From Neodothiora populina (Eukaryota), in the NCBI RefSeq assembly GCF_041146345.1, contig NW_027191410.1, positions 558,001-622,000 on the forward strand: 64,000 nt of DNA, given 5' to 3'. This document shows, piece after piece, positions 60,327 to 64,000 of the stretch. The stretch's first letter is position 1. Each line of letters starts with the position of its first letter. The translations under genes and the position numbers were made by a program. Below the pieces are notes generated by a model that had not been told where the DNA came from, did not search any database, and saw only the letters and a program-made list of their open reading frames with translations.

Positions 60327-61737
60327 ATGAAGTGCCAGATACTGTTCACGGCACTGCCATCGTTAGCACTTGCCTTTCCTGGCATGCTTCCAGGTGCATC
60401 CAAGGAGGAGATGTTGAACGCAATGAAGGCTCGTTCTGAGTCTGAGAAGCTGCAGGACAGAGATCTCATCAGTGATCTATCTGGCGTTGTCGCCAACACT
60501 GTATCTTCCTTGGTATCGGACGTCGAAGGATTGATCCGTTAGTCTACCCCGAACTGCCATACATGGAGGAAGCCTTGGACTAACAAAATTTATAGAATCT
60601 CTGGCTAGTGGCGTCGATCCGAACGACAAGCGTCCTCAGGAGGGTTATGAGTTCCAAGAGCCTGGTTCTGGAGACAGTCGTGGTCCCTGCCCTGGACTGA
60701 ACCTCCTCGCCAACTACGGCTACCTGCCTCGCAACGGTCATGTCTCTCTATCACAGGTTGTTGCTGCCACTGCAGAGGGCTTCAACATGGGAACGGATCT
60801 TTCTACCCTTCTCGCAGTTTTTGCTGTTCTGACTGATGGAGACCTCGCTACCGAGTCATGGTACCTCGGCGGCGACCCCTCTGGTGCAGGTGGTCTGAAC
60901 CGTCACTCCACTGTTGAGGCAGACGTCTCGCCCAATCGCGAAGATTTCTACAACGGCTGTGGTGATAACCATCACTTGTCTTCTCGTATCTTCAAGCAGA
61001 ATGTCGGATTTGCATCACAGTCCGCGAACAAGGACTTCGGTCTTGACACCATGGCGAAACACTACGCAGCTAACGCGGCCTTCTCCAAGGAGTACAACCC
61101 ATGGATCTACTACTTCCCATTCCCTTCGATTGTATCCTTCGCAGCTTATGCCTTCTACCCCAACTTCTTCTCCAACGGTACTTACGGCTCTGGTGGTGTG
61201 GCAAACTATGAATCTATTTCGTCCATCATCGGTGCAAAGTTGAACGAGAAAACTGGCAATTTCGAATATGTTCCTGAGCGCTGGCCCGAGAACTGGTACC
61301 GCCGCTCGTACGAATACGACGCCGTGACCGCTTTGACCCAAGGTCTCGCAATCTATCTCACCAACCCCATCGGCATGCCCTTCGGCCAGTTAGGCACCGC
61401 TAATCTGAATCTCACCACCGTCCTTTGTGATATCTACCAAGGCATCAACTCCATTGTTCCTCTGTTTATTACGGGAGGCGAAGAAGACGTCGCAGCCGCG
61501 GTGACTTGGGTCGCAAGCAAGCTTGAGCCGACGCTCACTGGCACTCTACTTGGTTGCCCGCTCAACGCACTCAGCGCCAACAGTGACTTTTCGTTGTTCC
61601 CTAACAGCAACACTGAAGGTGGTCCTTTAAACAGACCCCCTTCAGTTGAGGCCAACACTGGAGACAACGTTTACTCCAAGGTGTACTTTACTGCCACGCC
61701 TACCTCGCCTCTTTGCTCGCACGTGGCTACTGCTTAA
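60327..61737 (+). CDS. Secreted heme-thiolate peroxidase / unspecific peroxygenase family, long type (exons 60327-60537, 60596-61737; 450 aa)
   Basis: Signal peptide MKCQILFTALPSLALA; DSRGPCPGLNLLANYGYLPRNG (proximal Cys); HSTVEADVSPNRED; PERWPENWYRR. Confidence 0.9.
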
Positions 61738-62410
61738 AAGAAGTTCACATTGTCTGAATTTATTTCAATAACGACCAGCGAAGCTGGAATGAGCGAGCAA
61801 GTCCTCAAAAGGGGTGGTCGCAAGGGAGGATATGAGTACTTCCTGCTGTACGTGGTAGCCTTTTGAGGATCCCGTGCAAACAAATAATGAATTCTTATAT
61901 ATGCATGACACTAATCATCAATAATGGACCAATGACATCTCGTGTCTTTTCTCAAAGAACGATTTTACTTTCCATATTCACACCAGGAAAACAATACCAA
62001 ACTTGACACCGTGACATGATGTCGTCTTCTGAGCATCAGCATGACACCAATAAACTCGCATACCGTACGAGTCAGTGCTCTTGAGCATTACACACTATAC
62101 CCACAAAGTTGCCTCATATCAGCATTAAGAAACAATCGGCTTGCAGTAGATCAACTACTCTTATGACTCTTATGCAGAAACAAAGCAAAGCCAAGAACGC
62201 ATTTTGGCTGAATCATTTCCAATCCTTTTCCCCGCTCCCAGACCATCAGGTCCAAGAGACAAGTACGGTAACAAGAAAGCCGATTGTACCGCTTCATGTC
62301 GTAGCACGTCATGAAATATCAGTATACAGCAAGTATTCAAATGAGATGTCTACCTACCTTCAACCTGCGAAGATGAATACTCAGCTTTAGTCAGGTCTTG
62401 GGCGAGAAAT

Positions 62411-62549
62411 TCGGACGTCCGATTCAGTGAGGTCCCCCAGACCGGATCTATCTTATTGTAATTACCTTATTATTAGCCAAACGCGACGTCGTCTGCGCCC
62501 GCACCTTAATTAGTCAAAAGTGTAATCGAGCAAAGTAGCCGGACCTCGG
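62411..62549. promoter_or_regulatory. Candidate Zn2Cys6 sites upstream of the FAT1-like gene: palindrome TCGGACGTCCGA (62411-62422) and FarA/FarB-type CCTCGG (62544-62549)
   Basis: Motifs seen directly. CCTCGG is the known core for Aspergillus FarA/FarB fatty-acid regulators, but a single hexamer is weak evidence. Confidence 0.3.
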
Positions 62550-62903
62550 TATCTGTCGTGCAAATTGGGTCTTCCACCACCATTACCCCTCCAAAACTAC
62601 TTTTTGTATTACGTGAAACAGGTACAGTAGAATGCATGCAGGAGGTAGGTAGGTAAGTTGGTTTCTTTGGGAAGAAGATATATACAATGTATGTCGGCTA
62701 GCCCAAGTAATACTGTTCCCGTCCGGTTGGTATGTTTCCGTTTCCTTTCTACTTCTCGATCTTGTAGACTTTCCTGTCGGCACCTTTTTGATACCCAAAT
62801 TTCCAATTCAATTGCTCTCTTGTGGTCGTGCAATTGAACAGAGTCTAGCTAAGAAGCGGACGTTTGTATGGTAAGGAGGTTGGTCGGGCATCGTTGATAA
62901 GAC

Positions 62904-64000
62904 ATGGCGTGTAAGACAATCGTGTCTTCTACCTTTAAGGGAAAATAGCAGACTAAACACATAGACATCAGTCACTCTACCGATTGCCGCCCCGGCTGTC
63001 GTAGCATCACTGGCCTACCTTAATGCAAAGACCGGCTTCTCCTCAGATTTCACACTTGTCAAGGCAGGTGTACTGGGTGGAATCGCAGGACAGCGCGCAC
63101 AAAAGACGAACAAATTAAACTTGTTTTGCATCCTGGAACAATACGCACTATCGGCTACCCATGGACAAAGATCATTTATTGCCGTCCCACCGACTATCTC
63201 CAAGGACGTCACAGACATTCCGGACGTACGTGATCTCGAATGTGTCGAGTACACTTATAGACAAGTATACGACGTGGTTTTGTTATATGCAGCATGGTTG
63301 AAACATAAGCATGGTGTGCAGAAGGGCGACATCATTGCCTTGAACTTGACAAATAAGCCCGAGTTTGTGTTTCTCTGGCTTGCCATTTGGTCATTAGGAG
63401 CCAAGGCAGCTTTCATCAATACCGGGTTGAGGGAAGACGCTTTACTCCATTGTATCAAGACGTCGTCGACACGGCTACTTTTGCTCGATCCAGACCTCGA
63501 GGAGTGCATCCCGGCTGTACAGTCTGGCTTGGCAGAGACTGGTGTGACTACTGCCGTGGTTACCAAGGACGTGGAAGCAAGATTACGAAGCAATGGAGCC
63601 TACTATCGTGCTCCGGACGAAGATCGTGCAGGTCAGAAACTGAGCGATATGTGTCTCCTCATCTTCACTTCAGGTACTACCGGACTACCCAAGCCTGCTG
63701 TTGTTCCATGGCGGAAATTTCTCGTCTCCGGCAGGACTGTATCCATGTGGCTGGGGATGAAGTCTACAGATCGATTCTACACTGTGAGTGCCGCCCCTAT
63801 TCTGAACGAAACCTGAATGGAGCTAATTCGAAAAACACCAGGCTATGCCACTCTACCACAGCTCAGCAACCGTATTGGGACTGAGCCTCGTTCTTCATGT
63901 TGGTGCAACGTTCATCGTATCAGATCATTTCTCACCAAGGACTTTTTTTGCGTCTGCAACAGCCAGCAAAGCAACGATAATGCAATACATAGGCGAAATG
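62904..64000 (+). CDS. FAT1: Fatty acid transport protein / very-long-chain acyl-CoA synthetase, 5' part (7-nt exon 62904-62910; introns 62911-62971, 63784-63841)
   Basis: MAFTLPIAAPAVVASLAYLNAK; NKPEFVFLWLAIWSLGA-AFIN; LIFTSGTTGLPK (AMP-binding); YT|AMPLYHSSA; QYIGEM at the window end. Confidence 0.85.

Overview
Gene-dense, intron-containing chromosomal segment from a filamentous ascomycete (Pezizomycotina-type genes, short GT-AG introns with CTRAY branch points); the species cannot be fixed from sequence alone. About 20 protein-coding genes are supported: CAP1 (3' part), a HIRAN-SNF2-RING (Rad5/HLTF-like) helicase, an HhH-GPD glycosylase-like protein, a GIT1-like permease, MED13/SSN2, ENP2/NOL10, glucose-6-phosphate 1-epimerase, RIF1, RIC8, a GPI-type lysophospholipase, SSADH (UGA2), a DHA1-type MFS, an uncharacterised coiled-coil protein, DNA polymerase kappa, CAC2, a secreted amidase, a 1110-aa coiled-coil protein, a heme-thiolate peroxidase and the 5' part of a FAT1-like acyl-CoA synthetase. 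There is also an intron-containing tRNA-Asp(GTC). No transposon, rRNA or CRISPR was seen. The main oddities are: (i) MED13 is split by an apparent frameshift, and its two halves overlap in an ATGA stop-start; (ii) the Rad5-like helicase has a frameshift plus an Arg->Cys change in motif VI, and sits head-to-head with the HhH-GPD gene; (iii) the tRNA has G in place of invariant C56; (iv) TACCT-N(0-2)-AGGTA and GTACAGTA motifs recur in most intergenic regions; (v) MCB-like CGCG clusters lie in front of the DNA-maintenance genes and the unknown coiled-coil gene; (vi) RIC8 has a GC-AG intron; (vii) the peroxygenase apparently lacks the canonical distal acid-base pair. The frameshifts may be assembly errors. 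No novel multi-gene system can be asserted with confidence.
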